DNA of 64,000 bases from Promethearchaeota archaeon. Lineage in GTDB: Archaea; Asgardarchaeota; Lokiarchaeia; Sigyniarchaeales; SOKP01. The number at the start of each line of letters is the position of its first letter. Positions within the stretch are counted from its first letter, which is position 1. The notes below the pieces were generated by a model, which ran no database searches, was not told the origin of the DNA, and worked only from the letters and a program-made list of their open reading frames with translations. The translations under genes were made by a program, and so were the position numbers. The DNA lies in NCBI GenBank assembly GCA_019058445.1, contig JAHPZA010000004.1, forward strand, positions 256,001-320,000, given 5' to 3'. This document shows, piece after piece, positions 1 through 11,090 of the stretch.

Positions 1-1620
1 AAAGATGCTATGGAAAACAATATCGCTGCAGCCATTGTGATTGCTGAAGCAGTAAGAACATCACTTGGACCTCGTGGAATGGATAAAATGTTAGTAGATC
101 AATTCGGTGATGTGGTAATTACCAATGATGGAGCTACCATATTAAAAGAAATTGATGTGCAACATCCTGCTGCAAAAATGATGGTTGAAGTCGCGAAAAC
201 TCAAGACTCTGAAGTAGGCGATGGTACTACTACTTCTGTCATCCTCACCGGAGAATTACTCAAGAGGGCTAAAAAGCTCCTTGAACAAAAAATTCATCCA
301 ACAGTCATTACAGAAGGATTCAGAAAAGCTGCTGAAAAAGCAGTAGAAATTCTTGATAACATGTCAATTAAAAGTGGTATTGAGGATAAAGAAGGGCTAA
401 AAAACGCTGCTATGACCTGCATGGGATCGAAAATAGTATCCGAAAGCAAGGATGAGCTTGCTGAATTATGTATTGGCGCCATTGAAGCCATCGCTGAGCA
501 AGTTAATGGTAAATGGACAGCTGACATAGATAAAGTTCAAATCCAAAAGAAAGAAGGAGACAGCATCGATGATACCAAACTCATCAAAGGTATTATCTTA
601 GATAAAGAAGTCGTTAGCCCAGGAATGCCTAAGACCGTAAAAGATGCGAAAATTCTTTTAATCCAGACTGCCTTAGAAATTGAAAAAACTGAATTTGACA
701 CGAAGCTACAAATTACCAGCCCAGAACAAATTCAGCAATTTCTTAACGAGGAAGAACGAATGCTTCGAGTAATGGTCGAGAAAATCGTAAATTCTGGTGC
801 GAATGTGGTCATTTGTCAAAAGGGAATTGATGACATGGCTCAACATTTCTTAACAAAAGCTGGCGTTTTAGCAGTTCGCAGGGTTAAAAAATCTGACCTT
901 GAAAAACTTTCCAAAGCAACAGGTGGAATGATTTACACTGATTTTGATGACATTACCGCAGACAAGCTCGGATATGCGGGCTTGGTAGAAGAACGCAAAA
1001 TCATGAGCGATAGCTGGATATTCATTGAAGAATGCAAAGATCCTAAATCCGTGGTCATCTTAATTAGAGGTGGAACTGAACTCATCATTGATGAGGTAGA
1101 CAGGTCCCTTCATGACGCATTATGCGTAATAAGAGATGTAGTGGAAGATCAAAAGATTGTTGGCGGTGGTGGAGCTCCTGAGCTCGAAACTGCAATTCAA
1201 TTAAGAGAGTATGCCTCAACACTAGGCGGGCGAGAACAGTTAGCCGTAGAAATCTTCGCGGATGCCTTAGATATTATTCCTAAAACTCTCGCAGAAAACG
1301 CAGGATTAGACCAAATTGATATTTTGATGCAGCTAAGAGCAGCACATCAAAAAGGAAATAAATTTGCAGGATTCGATCTCGAAACGGGTCAAGTCGTCAA
1401 TGATATCATGACCATTAAAGTCGTAGAACCTACTGCAGTAAAAGTTCAAGCAGTTAAGAGTTCTGTCGAAGCAGCTTCCATGATTTTACGCATCGATGAC
1501 GTGATCGCAGGAGCTAAATCTGCAATGCCTCCAATGCCTCCAGGAGGGATGCCTCCAGGGATGGGAGGCGGTATGGGGATGCCTCCTGGTATGGGAGGAG
1601 GGATGCCTCCAATGTATTAA
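1..1620 (+). CDS. Thermosome (group II chaperonin) subunit, 5' end truncated by window edge
   Basis: [19 protein letters not shown] and GDGTTT motifs; frame open from base 1 ([11 protein letters not shown]); Gly/Met/Pro-rich C-terminal tail. Confidence 0.97.
   Translation, partial: KDAMENNIAAAIVIAEAVRTSLGPRGMDKMLVDQFGDVVITNDGATILKEIDVQHPAAKMMVEVAKTQDSEVGDGTTTSVILTGELLKRAKKLLEQKIHPTVITEGFRKAAEKAVEILDNMSIKSGIEDKEGLKNAAMTCMGSKIVSESKDELAELCIGAIEAIAEQVNGKWTADIDKVQIQKKEGDSIDDTKLIKGIILDKEVVSPGMPKTVKDAKILLIQTALEIEKTEFDTKLQITSPEQIQQFLNEEERMLRVMVEKIVNSGANVVICQKGIDDMAQHFLTKAGVLAVRRVKKSDLEKLSKATGGMIYTDFDDITADKLGYAGLVEERKIMSDSWIFIEECKDPKSVVILIRGGTELIIDEVDRSLHDALCVIRDVVEDQKIVGGGGAPELETAIQLREYASTLGGREQLAVEIFADALDIIPKTLAENAGLDQIDILMQLRAAHQKGNKFAGFDLETGQVVNDIMTIKVVEPTAVKVQAVKSSVEAASMILRIDDVIAGAKSAMPPMPPGGMPPGMGGGMGMPPGMGGGMPPMY
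1525..1614 (+). repeat. Imperfect atgcctcc/ggagggatg coding repeats (chaperonin MPPG/GGM tail)
   Basis: Several ATGCCTCC units encoding [30 protein letters not shown]. Confidence 0.8.
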
Positions 1621-1660
1621 TTTAATTCTTTTTTTTTATTCTTTTTTATTTATTTTTAAT
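1621..1660 (+). terminator. Oligo-T tract, probable archaeal terminator
   Basis: Long T runs immediately after the chaperonin stop codon. Confidence 0.5.
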
Positions 1661-2258
1661 TTTATAAAAGATTATATTACTAATCTTTGAAGAAATTTTA
1701 GTTTTAAATAAAGAGAAAAAATGTTGATTTAATTTTATATTTTATTTTTAGAAATTTAAATTAATGAACTATGAAAGTCATGTTTCATAGAGGTACAAAA
1801 AACAAGAGGAGTCGTGAATTGGGGGTAATGATAGGAGCTAACTGAGAAGTGATGCTTATTGAACTTTTAATTATCATATAAAATCTTTAATTTGGATATT
1901 TTGTCAATAGAAATATCATAGTTATTATTTAAACTCTTATCAAAAATGGATTGATTATAAGATTTATGACACATTTGGTTTTTCAAACTAGTTTATATTT
2001 TGTCTTAAAGCTTTTTAAAAGTTTCTAAAATAAGAGCTTCTTTAAATATCTTCCTAAAAATAAATTATCAGCTATTATATAAAATTGTGGCAAAAAACTT
2101 AATTGAATAGCGATTTTCTCTGGTCTTTTTTGAGTTTATAGAGATAATGTATGGGCTTTCTCATTAAGTCTTTTACTTATTTGAAAAAAATGTAGGAGAA
2201 TGAGATATTTTTTTACAAAAACATAAAAATTTAAATTAAACCTCAAAAATTAATAATT

Positions 2259-2573
2259 ATGCCATGGAAATTCCAAAAACCACATAATATATTCTACGTA
2301 TTAATTTTAGGAGTAGTTATTGCGTTAATAGGATTTGCGATACCTGATCAAAATGTGACTACTATACTCTATATTATCGCCGCACTTTTTATTGGGGTTG
2401 ATGCAAGAGATACGGAGGGGGAGAACAAGTTACTTGCTATGATTGCGGCAGGGATTATGATTGTTATTTGTGCAGTCTTAAGTCTTTTTTTATATCCGAG
2501 TGATTGGAATAACTTCTATCAATTCTGTATCTTTGCGGGCGAGATTGTTGGAATTGAAACTCCTAAACCCTGA
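2259..2573 (+). CDS. Small membrane protein (about 3 TM), unknown function
   Basis: 104-aa ORF with hydrophobic helices. Confidence 0.65.
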   Translation: MPWKFQKPHNIFYVLILGVVIALIGFAIPDQNVTTILYIIAALFIGVDARDTEGENKLLAMIAAGIMIVICAVLSLFLYPSDWNNFYQFCIFAGEIVGIETPKP

Positions 2574-2764
2574 AAAACCAAATTTAAAAATTTCGTTTTA
2601 TTTTTCTTTATTTCTTTTTTATGATTTAGTAGTGCTAACTAGGTGTATATTTTCCATCCTTAAATCTTCAATTTGAAGAGGAGGGTCAATACAATGAACT
2701 TAAGATTCAAAAATAATTAAATGGGATTAAAAAATTTATTAATAGGTTTAGTGTAGATAATATT

Positions 2765-2929
2765 ATGGCTACTTATGTGAAATGCACCATATGCGGTAAA
2801 ATGTTTGAATCTCGATTAGCAAAAGTTATGAAGTTAGGGGCCAATATCCTTATCGAAGATAACCACGAAGTATGCCCATATTGTCATCAAAGAACTGTAG
2901 TGAGTGAAAAAACCATCGTCAGTAAGTAA
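2765..2929 (+). CDS. 54-aa zinc-ribbon protein (not in ORF track)
   Basis: Manual translation MATYVKCTICGKMFESRLAKVMKLGANILIEDNHEVCPYCHQRTVVSEKTIVSK; two CxxC knuckles. Confidence 0.75.
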   Translation: MATYVKCTICGKMFESRLAKVMKLGANILIEDNHEVCPYCHQRTVVSEKTIVSK

Positions 2930-2950
2930 GCTTCTAAAAAATAAAAAGAT

Positions 2951-3259
2951 TTAAAGTTTTCTATCCGAAATCGATTTATAATCTCTTCTTTTTGTTTTAA
3001 ACGGCTTTTCTGGTCGATTAAAAAAGCACTCTGGACAGTATGGAGAGAGTATGGGATCTTTCCATAGTTCCAGTGCTCTTGTGGTGGTTAGGGAGGGATG
3101 ATTTCTACAGAAATCCTGGAAGGTTAGCACATTACCACAATCAAAGCATTGTCTCGCAGGGATATTTTCATTGTTCACCACTGTTGGTATGAGAGGGATT
3201 TTATGAAGATATCCCTTTACAATAATGTACTCATGAACGTCTTTATTACTATCTTGCAT
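2951..3259 (-). CDS. Small zinc-finger protein (CFDC...CPEC)
   Basis: Two CxxC motifs in 102 aa. Confidence 0.7.
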   Translation of the reverse strand: MQDSNKDVHEYIIVKGYLHKIPLIPTVVNNENIPARQCFDCGNVLTFQDFCRNHPSLTTTRALELWKDPILSPYCPECFFNRPEKPFKTKRRDYKSISDRKL

Positions 3260-3433
3260 GAATCTATGCGAGAGAATTTTAGGTTTTAAGATTCAACAGA
3301 CTCTTAAATTTTAAGTTTTCTTCTTATTCCTTCATGAATATTTGTTTTTTTGGTGGTTGCTTTATTTTTTCTTTTTAAACTTTCAATAAAATTTATACTT
3401 TAAAAAGTAATAGTCTTTAGAGAGAGATTTTCT

Positions 3434-3973
3434 TTGAGTGTAAAACGGGTAAAAAGGGATTTGAGTATAAAAAGAGAAGTTTGGAAAGAATTACACGAAT
3501 TAACGGATTTACAAAAACAAACGACAGAGCAGACTCTTATGCTTTTAACGGAAACCAAGCAGTATCTTGACTTCGAGGCAAATCATGGATTAGATGAGAA
3601 ATCTTATAGAGAGCGATTAAAAATCCTTATTAATATGGGGATTATCTATTACTATGCTTTGTATGAAGGATTCACGAGGTTTGTTTTTAAAAAGATGAGA
3701 GCTTATGAATTAGACATTTCCGAAGATAGAGTTAATGATAGAGATTTTACACTTCACAAAATAATTACATATATGAAGTCCCGGTACAAGATTTATTTAG
3801 AGGAGGAGATGTTCAGTGTTATAATAAAGCTAAAAGAGGCTCGACATGATATTGCCCATGGAGTGGGAGATGCGAAACCGGATTTTGACATTATTCTTAT
3901 ATGCCATTCGCAGATCGTGGAATATTTTGACTTTATCCTGCATGAAATGGCTAAAATTTTGAATTTTATTTAA
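3434..3973 (+). CDS. HEPN-like domain protein
   Basis: Helical protein with YALYEG segment and R-x4-H motif (ARHDIAHG). Confidence 0.6.
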   Translation: MSVKRVKRDLSIKREVWKELHELTDLQKQTTEQTLMLLTETKQYLDFEANHGLDEKSYRERLKILINMGIIYYYALYEGFTRFVFKKMRAYELDISEDRVNDRDFTLHKIITYMKSRYKIYLEEEMFSVIIKLKEARHDIAHGVGDAKPDFDIILICHSQIVEYFDFILHEMAKILNFI

Positions 3974-4067
3974 TGTAATAGAAAAGAATGCGATTTCAGT
4001 TTGATTTATAGAACAATTTAGAGCTACTATAAATAATCGAGGTTTAGAAACTAGAGAGTTTATTAAA

Positions 4068-4439
4068 CTATGAGAATTTATTTTGAAGGAACGTATAGAG
4101 CGTTTCATACACTAATTTAAATAGAGAGGGCAAACTCATATAGAATTCCAATCGTTCTTCTTTCGATTTGAGCAATGTTAAGTTGGTGGTTAACAACCGT
4201 ATCATAATGGATAAAAGCAGTCGTTGTTCCGAGATATTATATCGCGAAACTTCCTTCTTTTCTTGTTTTAATCTATCAATATCTTTGGAAGGGAGCTCGT
4301 GAGCCAGATTATCTATGGTCAAGTCATCTTGATGGATCATTAATAAAATATGTTGAGCTTTATCAATAATATCAAGGGGAACATCAGAGGTATGAAGCAA
4401 TTCATATAATTTTTCAATAATATTGTCTCTAAGGCTCAT
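4068..4439 (-). CDS. Hypothetical helical protein
   Basis: 123-aa ORF with ATG start. Confidence 0.6.
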   Translation of the reverse strand: MSLRDNIIEKLYELLHTSDVPLDIIDKAQHILLMIHQDDLTIDNLAHELPSKDIDRLKQEKKEVSRYNISEQRLLLSIMIRLLTTNLTLLKSKEERLEFYMSLPSLFKLVYETLYTFLQNKFS

Positions 4440-4696
4440 TTTCTCAGGGTATTATCTCTGAGTATTACAATACTAAGTGTATCAATAATTATTACCCAGC
4501 TATTCATTTTATATTTTTTTTTTATTTTTAATTAATAGAAGTAAAGCAGGATTTCAATACTGTTAGCTTTATAAATTTAAATCTATAATTTTTACTAATA
4601 CCTTTTATAGAGCCAAGTATTATTCGTGTTTATTTAAAATAATAAACTGACGAAAAACAAAAAAAAAGTTGTTTGAATTAGTATACTTTAAGAAAG

Positions 4697-5305
4697 GTGA
4701 TTGCTATCGGAGGAGAAAAATACGAGGATATGCTGGAGTATCGCTTAAAACAGCTGGAAAAAAGCAGAAAACCAGCGAGGGAAGCATCAAGTTTCTATAT
4801 TGTGTGGTCCAATATCGATAGGAAAGAAACACGATATTCCTCGTTTGATTCGATTCCCATAGATGTCAAAAATGACGAGATAAACTACGAAATAATGAAG
4901 ATACGTTATGAACGTCAAGAGCGCCGCACTCAAAAAACTGGGATGTTTGCTCCGACAATCGTAGAGCGGTCAGGGTATTCATATTACGAAAAATTGCTGC
5001 ATATTCTGTTAATAAAACGGGATTATAAAGAGAATAAAGACTTTGTGCACCTTTTTCGGTTTGAAAGTCAACCTTATGTTTTGGATTTTGCGTTTGTGAA
5101 AGAAAAATTAGATATTGAATGCGATGGAGAGCCTTGGCATGAAAAATGCAGAAATCGCGAAGAAGACAGGCTACGGGATGAGTATTTAAGAAAAAAGGGG
5201 TGGAAAATATTAAGGTTTAAATTTAAATCTGGTACTATAAAAGATACTTTAATTAATGCCATAAAACAAATCGACCTAGAAATTAAGAAAATGAGAAAAT
5301 CCTAA
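4697..5305 (+). CDS. DUF559/Vsr-like PD-(D/E)XK endonuclease domain protein
   Basis: YVLDFA...IECDGEPWH...DRLRDEYLRKKGWKILRF. Confidence 0.85.
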   Translation: MIAIGGEKYEDMLEYRLKQLEKSRKPAREASSFYIVWSNIDRKETRYSSFDSIPIDVKNDEINYEIMKIRYERQERRTQKTGMFAPTIVERSGYSYYEKLLHILLIKRDYKENKDFVHLFRFESQPYVLDFAFVKEKLDIECDGEPWHEKCRNREEDRLRDEYLRKKGWKILRFKFKSGTIKDTLINAIKQIDLEIKKMRKS

Positions 5306-5335
5306 CACAAATAGTAATTTGATGCTTCCAAAAAT

Positions 5336-5941
5336 CTAATGACCATGACGAATGTTAGAAACGGTTTTTGATTCAATAGAGAAATAAATGAAATCAACAA
5401 TTACACCATTCCCGATTGGACTTGCTGCAGAGAGACCGACTTTAACTTCGGTCGATACAGGTAGATTGAAATATCGTACCATTTTCCATTTAATGCCATC
5501 CAAGGAATAGTGCATTCCAAAAGTATTATTAACCCTTACTATTTGAAGCCATATATCCTCTTGATTAATGTCAACACTATTTGCATCATCTGATAAACCG
5601 TTTGTAATAACACTTACTATAGCATTAGTTCCATAATCAGTTTTTTCAAAAGCTAATTTACACCATTTTTTATCATTTTCTCTTATAATTAGACTACCTT
5701 GATCGTAGACTTGTTTAAAATTAGGTTTTAAATGCAACTTGGTAACGAAATTATTTTTCACATTTATATACAAGAAAGGTGCTGAATCATGGGATGCCAC
5801 TCCAGAAGGATCTCGAAAGAAATCAACCCGTTTTGGTGCAGTAATTCTTAAAATACCATTGTTTATCGTCCATTCCTCTGGGGCATCTAACCAAGATAAT
5901 TTGCCTAAATAATTTCTTTTAATTGCATTGAGTAAGTTCAT
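5336..5941 (-). CDS. DUF1349 (concanavalin-like) protein
   Basis: DFFRDP, YDQGSL, WCKLAFE, SVITNGLSDD, YSLDG..W..VRYF, VGLSAASP. Confidence 0.85.
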   Translation of the reverse strand: MNLLNAIKRNYLGKLSWLDAPEEWTINNGILRITAPKRVDFFRDPSGVASHDSAPFLYINVKNNFVTKLHLKPNFKQVYDQGSLIIRENDKKWCKLAFEKTDYGTNAIVSVITNGLSDDANSVDINQEDIWLQIVRVNNTFGMHYSLDGIKWKMVRYFNLPVSTEVKVGLSAASPIGNGVIVDFIYFSIESKTVSNIRHGH

Positions 5942-6186
5942 AACTAATGGAAAATCTCTTTCTTTAAAAAATATTTTTATATTAATTATGTTATTAATCC
6001 ATTAAAATTGAGTCTATAATGGTCATTTTAGAAAGTCTTACATCCAGAAATTTAAATAAATTGGTAAAAGGGCTAGAATTTCATTTCGATATTTATACTT
6101 TATTTTGTTAGTGTAATTCTTTAAAGAAGGAGTTAATCTAATACTTTATCAATATTAATTATAGATTTAAATTAGAATAAATCTTA

Positions 6187-6999
6187 ATGAGAAATATGAA
6201 GTTTATAGATCTTTCGATCCCGATAATAAATCCCGAGGAGGCCATTTTTGATCCTCCTTTAACCACTCCTAAGATAGAATACAGTGATCATGATACTGGC
6301 GCGGAACAAATGGGATTTGTATTTCCTAAGATAAAGCCAAAAGAACATCTCCCCGATGGGAAAGGTTGGGCTGTAGAGAGTATCACTTTAGGCACTCACA
6401 GCGGAACGCATATGGATGCCCCGTGGCATTTTGCCCCTGTACAAGATAAGGAAATTGGGCAAAGAAAGGCAATGACGATCGATGAATTTCCATTAGAATG
6501 GGGTATAGGTCCCCTTATTGTGCTTGATTGCACAGATTATGAAGAAGGATATGTTATGACCCCAAATGATATCGATAAGAAATTAGACAATATTGGGCAT
6601 AAATTACAGGAAGGAGATATTCTATGTGTTCATACAAATGCTCCAAAACATTATGGGACAAAGGAATATATCAACCACGGGGTAGGAGTAGGAAAAAATG
6701 CTACGCTGCATATAATTAGACAAGGAGTTCACGTAGTAGGGATTGATGCATGGAGTTGGGACGCTCCATTCACGATCACGGCAAAAAAATGGAAAAAATC
6801 AGTAAAGGAAAAACAACCGGACAAATCTATTATCTGGGAGGGGCATTTTGCTGGAATAGAATTAGGATATTTTCAAATGGAAAAAATGCTAAATTTAGAT
6901 AAAGTACCTCCCGTAGGAGCAACAATATATTGCTTTCCTGTAAAAATTGCAAGAGCATCGGCAGGCTGGGTCAGAGCGGTGGCAACGGTACCCGAGTGA
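6187..6999 (+). CDS. Cyclase-family metal-dependent hydrolase (kynurenine formamidase-like)
   Basis: HSGTHMDAPWH motif; VGIDAWSWD; C-terminal WVRAVA. Confidence 0.9.
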   Translation: MRNMKFIDLSIPIINPEEAIFDPPLTTPKIEYSDHDTGAEQMGFVFPKIKPKEHLPDGKGWAVESITLGTHSGTHMDAPWHFAPVQDKEIGQRKAMTIDEFPLEWGIGPLIVLDCTDYEEGYVMTPNDIDKKLDNIGHKLQEGDILCVHTNAPKHYGTKEYINHGVGVGKNATLHIIRQGVHVVGIDAWSWDAPFTITAKKWKKSVKEKQPDKSIIWEGHFAGIELGYFQMEKMLNLDKVPPVGATIYCFPVKIARASAGWVRAVATVPE

Positions 7000-7040
7000 A
7001 ATAGTGATTATTTTAAATAAAATTAAAAAAAAATCCCTTT

Positions 7041-9275
7041 TTATTCTTCTGTGAATATTTCTTCTACAATCAGAGCATCATCCCTAAAGGGAGCGAGCAT
7101 GCCATTCCAGTCAGCTAAGACACTTTTATGCTTCTTTTCGAATCTATTAATAAATTGTATTAATTGTTCTCTAATTTCAGATGTTTGACTTCCTTTTATG
7201 AATAACGCGCCAAAAAAGTTAAATCCGTATTCCAGCAATATAGTAATATCTCCGTGGTCTATGGTCTTTAATAATTCAGAAGATTTCGTGGTCTCTTTAA
7301 TAAAGGACGTAAGAGCAGTGAACATGCCTGAGACAAGACCAGGATCTTGGAGCTGGTCTTTGACAAAGGGATAATTGAGAATATCTCTCCCGTCTTTATA
7401 AATTACGTAAAGCCCTTGCTTCTCTACTTTCGCATACCTATATTTAAATTCAGGTTGCCAGATCTTAATTTTATGAGTCTTGAAAAGTGAGTTCAGCGTA
7501 TAGTAGAGTTGTTTTTTCTCAGCTTCAGCAGAAGGTAAGATTTCCTGTAAGAATTTATCTTGTTCGAGGGTATTTAGTAAACGTTTGAATTCTTCAGTCT
7601 CTTGTTCTATACTCTCTTCAGTAAATTCATGATTTCTCGTAATTAAATACCGGTCAGCTTCATCATTGTATTCTTTATGAGTTAAGAAACCTCCAATCGT
7701 GGTAAATAACGCTTTTTCTACGAATTTATCATCGATAGTTGTTGTTTTTACCTTGAACTCTCTTTGAAAATAATAAATCATTATGCCCCAAAATATCGTC
7801 GCCATTAGATATCTGGTAAAGAGATAGGGTAGAGCCAATATGCCTAATAAAGTAAGCTTCCCTTCAGGAAAAAGGTTGGCGTCAAAAGTTGCCGTTCTAA
7901 AAGTATAGAAAGTAAATCCAAAGGCATCGGTATAGCTTAGTTGTCCTGTCAACCAATATTCAATAGGTGCAAAACTAATTAAGGGATTTGCCCCTAAATA
8001 ATAAAAAATAATAGAAAAAACCATAATAATAGAGAAAAACACAATAATACCTAAAACAATACTTCTCAAGTATTTTAAGCTATATGCAAAGATATAGGCT
8101 GTGATGAAAATAGGAATTATCGTCAATACCACTATATTAAATATGTTCATAAGGTCAAATCTAAATGAATTGCGTAAGGTAGGGTTTTTATAACTGAATT
8201 TAGCTGAGTTTATGATGATACGATGTTCCTCACCAAACATGGCGATAAGAGTATTAAAAACGACAATAGATAAAATGAAAAAAATACCTGTAGCCACTGC
8301 ACTTGCCACGACCATATAAAGCCAATTTGTTGCTTTAAATTTCTGCGCTTTCTCTTTCCTTGTTTTCCAATATTCAATAATTTTCACAAAGATTAAGATC
8401 GAGATGGGTTCAAATAATTTTAGAAATAGCACGAAGATAATCGAAACCATGATAAAATATGCGAAAAAATAAATTATGATGAAGATGGATGCGGTGTATT
8501 GAACAATAAAGAGAATAAGAGATAAAATGGAAATTGGTGCGCCAACACTGTAGAGAGATCTGTAGGTTTGTTTTCGCAGTTTGATACCCCAGTATCGTCC
8601 TTTTATCGCAATTTTACTTGAAAATAACAACTCAATACTAAAAATTAAAGTTGCCAGATATACAAGTAAGATCTCGATAAACCATCCTAAAGCAGACTCC
8701 CCCGTCGTTAATGAGATATTTTGTAACCCGGATATATCTAAAATAGTCTGTAGTAGGTAAAGAGAGATGGGTAATAAGACGATCATCAGTTTTAAGATTT
8801 CTTTCTCACGGGTCCAATCATTTCTAAATAACTCGTTTCGGATTTTATCAAACGGACTTTCATCGAATTCATAAGTTAGATGCTTTAAGTTATCTTCTAT
8901 TGTTCCTTCTTCGCTCCTAAGATGGTTCCATAACAAAATAAAGGAAATAAACGGAGCAACAAGGAATATAAAAGGTAGTGTAACAAGAGGATAAAACGCA
9001 AATAAGGAAAATAGCGATCCTATATGCGCAGCCATGTATCTGATTCCCAATGCAAAGTTCTCACTGCTAGCATCCTCAGTAACTAGTTTATTAGGAGTTT
9101 GCCCTACTTGAAAGATTATTGGAAGAACCCAATATATTAAATAAAAGCTAATTGCCCCGGCGATAATTCGAAAATAATATTTCCCGATGTTCTTCTTCCA
9201 TATGAAAAAGAGAGGAATAATCAAAATAAGAAGTGGTAAACCATTAAGAAAAAATGAGAAGAAAATTTCAATCAT
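7041..9275 (-). CDS. Polytopic membrane protein with C-terminal longin/roadblock-like domain
   Basis: About 500 aa of TM helices, then a soluble domain GLYVIYKDGR...DPGLVSGMFTALTSFIKET...LKTIDHGDITILLE. Confidence 0.75.
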   Translation of the reverse strand: MIEIFFSFFLNGLPLLILIIPLFFIWKKNIGKYYFRIIAGAISFYLIYWVLPIIFQVGQTPNKLVTEDASSENFALGIRYMAAHIGSLFSLFAFYPLVTLPFIFLVAPFISFILLWNHLRSEEGTIEDNLKHLTYEFDESPFDKIRNELFRNDWTREKEILKLMIVLLPISLYLLQTILDISGLQNISLTTGESALGWFIEILLVYLATLIFSIELLFSSKIAIKGRYWGIKLRKQTYRSLYSVGAPISILSLILFIVQYTASIFIIIYFFAYFIMVSIIFVLFLKLFEPISILIFVKIIEYWKTRKEKAQKFKATNWLYMVVASAVATGIFFILSIVVFNTLIAMFGEEHRIIINSAKFSYKNPTLRNSFRFDLMNIFNIVVLTIIPIFITAYIFAYSLKYLRSIVLGIIVFFSIIMVFSIIFYYLGANPLISFAPIEYWLTGQLSYTDAFGFTFYTFRTATFDANLFPEGKLTLLGILALPYLFTRYLMATIFWGIMIYYFQREFKVKTTTIDDKFVEKALFTTIGGFLTHKEYNDEADRYLITRNHEFTEESIEQETEEFKRLLNTLEQDKFLQEILPSAEAEKKQLYYTLNSLFKTHKIKIWQPEFKYRYAKVEKQGLYVIYKDGRDILNYPFVKDQLQDPGLVSGMFTALTSFIKETTKSSELLKTIDHGDITILLEYGFNFFGALFIKGSQTSEIREQLIQFINRFEKKHKSVLADWNGMLAPFRDDALIVEEIFTEE

Positions 9276-9385
9276 GATTTTTAGATCCCAATTTTTTTGC
9301 GTAAGAGTTAAAATCTATTTAAAACAAATGTATATAAATTCTTTTATAATAGATAGGAAATATTAAATATTTTTAATTTTGGATT

Positions 9386-10483
9386 ATGACGGAAGATCAG
9401 AAGATTGGGATTATTATTGATGTAGATTTTGCGAGAAAACACAATCCCCCCTACCAACACCCGATTTTTCTTTCTTATGAAAATCCACTTAGAATAAAAG
9501 CAATTTTGGAATATTTTAAAAAGATAAACTTATGGGAAGACCACAGAATCACTAAACTACAACCCAAGCTAATGAATGAGGAGATTTTGAATTTAGCTCA
9601 TACTAAGTACTATATCGATACAGTAGTGCGGCTTTCCGATTTTGGAAGTGGTATTCTTGATGAGGAAGTGTTCATTACAAAAGACACCTTTTCCTTAGCA
9701 AAAAAAGCAGTAGGCGGAACCATACAGGCTTTAGAAAAGGTGATAAATAAGGAAGTATCTCAATCACTAGCTCTTGTTAGACCTCCTGGGCATCATGCAT
9801 TACGTGAAAAAGGCTCTGGATTATGCATATTCAATAACATCGCCAATAGTATTCTATATCTAAGAAAAAAATTAGGCTACAATAAGAAAATTGCCATAAT
9901 AGATATTGACGATCATTTTGGCGACGGATTGGTTCAATATTTTTACGATGACCCCAATGTGCTTTATTTTTCTGTCCATGAGTTTGATTTCTTAGAGAAT
10001 GACATTGGATTTATAAACGAACTAGGAGAGGGAGAAGGTTTAGGGAAAAACATTAATTTTCCGGTACCTGAGGGAATTACTGACAAGGAATTTTTAGTAT
10101 TTTTTAATATTTTAGAGCCAATTTTAAAAGAATATACTCCAGATCTTATTATTGTGGCTATGGGATTTGATATGTATTTTAATGATCCCATTGGAAATTG
10201 TTTCCTAACAACTATCTCTTACAATAAGTTTGCTAAAAAAATTTTAAGTATAGCAGAAGATCTCTGTGAAGGTAAACTCGCTTTTATATTAGAGGGAGGT
10301 TATAGTCTTATAGGGTTACCATTTTGCGTTCAGGCTGTTTTAAGTAGTCTATTAAAAGAAGAGTATGAGCCACCTTTATTCGAAAAGTTTCTTTTTTCTA
10401 GTGAGTCAAAAATGGAGGAAGTACTTGAAATTAAATTAAAATTAGAGAGTCTCTTAGGTAATTACTGGAATTGTTTAAAATAA
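9386..10483 (+). CDS. Histone deacetylase-family (Zn-dependent) deacylase
   Basis: RPPGHHA, GLCIFNN, DIDDHFGDG, GFD, LEGGY. Confidence 0.93.
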   Translation: MTEDQKIGIIIDVDFARKHNPPYQHPIFLSYENPLRIKAILEYFKKINLWEDHRITKLQPKLMNEEILNLAHTKYYIDTVVRLSDFGSGILDEEVFITKDTFSLAKKAVGGTIQALEKVINKEVSQSLALVRPPGHHALREKGSGLCIFNNIANSILYLRKKLGYNKKIAIIDIDDHFGDGLVQYFYDDPNVLYFSVHEFDFLENDIGFINELGEGEGLGKNINFPVPEGITDKEFLVFFNILEPILKEYTPDLIIVAMGFDMYFNDPIGNCFLTTISYNKFAKKILSIAEDLCEGKLAFILEGGYSLIGLPFCVQAVLSSLLKEEYEPPLFEKFLFSSESKMEEVLEIKLKLESLLGNYWNCLK

Positions 10484-10504
10484 TGAAAAAAAATTATTGA
10501 TTTT

Positions 10505-10909
10505 TTATAAAATCTCTGAAAGTTTCTTAGCATATTCTTGTACTGCGAATAAAGCGTCACGTGGCCCCACTTGAGGATTAATATAGCATACTAATGCGCC
10601 AGTACCTCCAATTGGGACGGGAGCTATAATCAAATGTCCCTTCCCGGTAATATTGGTTCCGATCTTCCTTTCTTCAGTGTTCTCCACAATCATATATTTA
10701 ATCCCGAGTATCGAGATACTAGTCATCCCTTTTTGACCGAGTTCTAATTTTGTTTGAACAAGCTCGTTAATTTGCGCCAAATCCCCGGTAATGTCCCAAT
10801 TATCAGTTTGCGTTAATAAGGTGCCGTCTCGGTTTATGATAGCAATCCCAAAGACGTTTTGTTCCTCATTTAATAAATCATCAATAATAGCTTCGATATT
10901 AGAAGACAT
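10505..10909 (-). CDS. Asgard (Loki-type) profilin
   Basis: 134 aa closely resembling Loki profilins as I recall them (GIAII...TQTDNW...GIKYMIVENTEERKIGTNITGKGH...GPRD). Confidence 0.9.
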   Translation of the reverse strand: MSSNIEAIIDDLLNEEQNVFGIAIINRDGTLLTQTDNWDITGDLAQINELVQTKLELGQKGMTSISILGIKYMIVENTEERKIGTNITGKGHLIIAPVPIGGTGALVCYINPQVGPRDALFAVQEYAKKLSEIL

Positions 10910-11090
10910 TTTACAATCTAATCTTTATCTTTTTTTACTATATAGAAATACTAATAGAAGTTATATTTAAATAATTAGGAAACGTTAAACCGATTATTAT
11001 CTTTTAATAGAGTATACCATTTTAATAGATAGAATTAAGAAAATAGTAAATTAAAAAAGCATCAACTAATAATAGAGAGGTTTATGTATA

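Noticed and set aside
1525-1614. Short repeats as a CRISPR array or mobile repeat
   Set aside because: They are coding repeats of the chaperonin tail; no spacers and no cas genes
1825-1865. C/D box sRNA (ATGATAG...CTGA...GTGATGC)
   Set aside because: Boxes are degenerate and the guide spacing is too short
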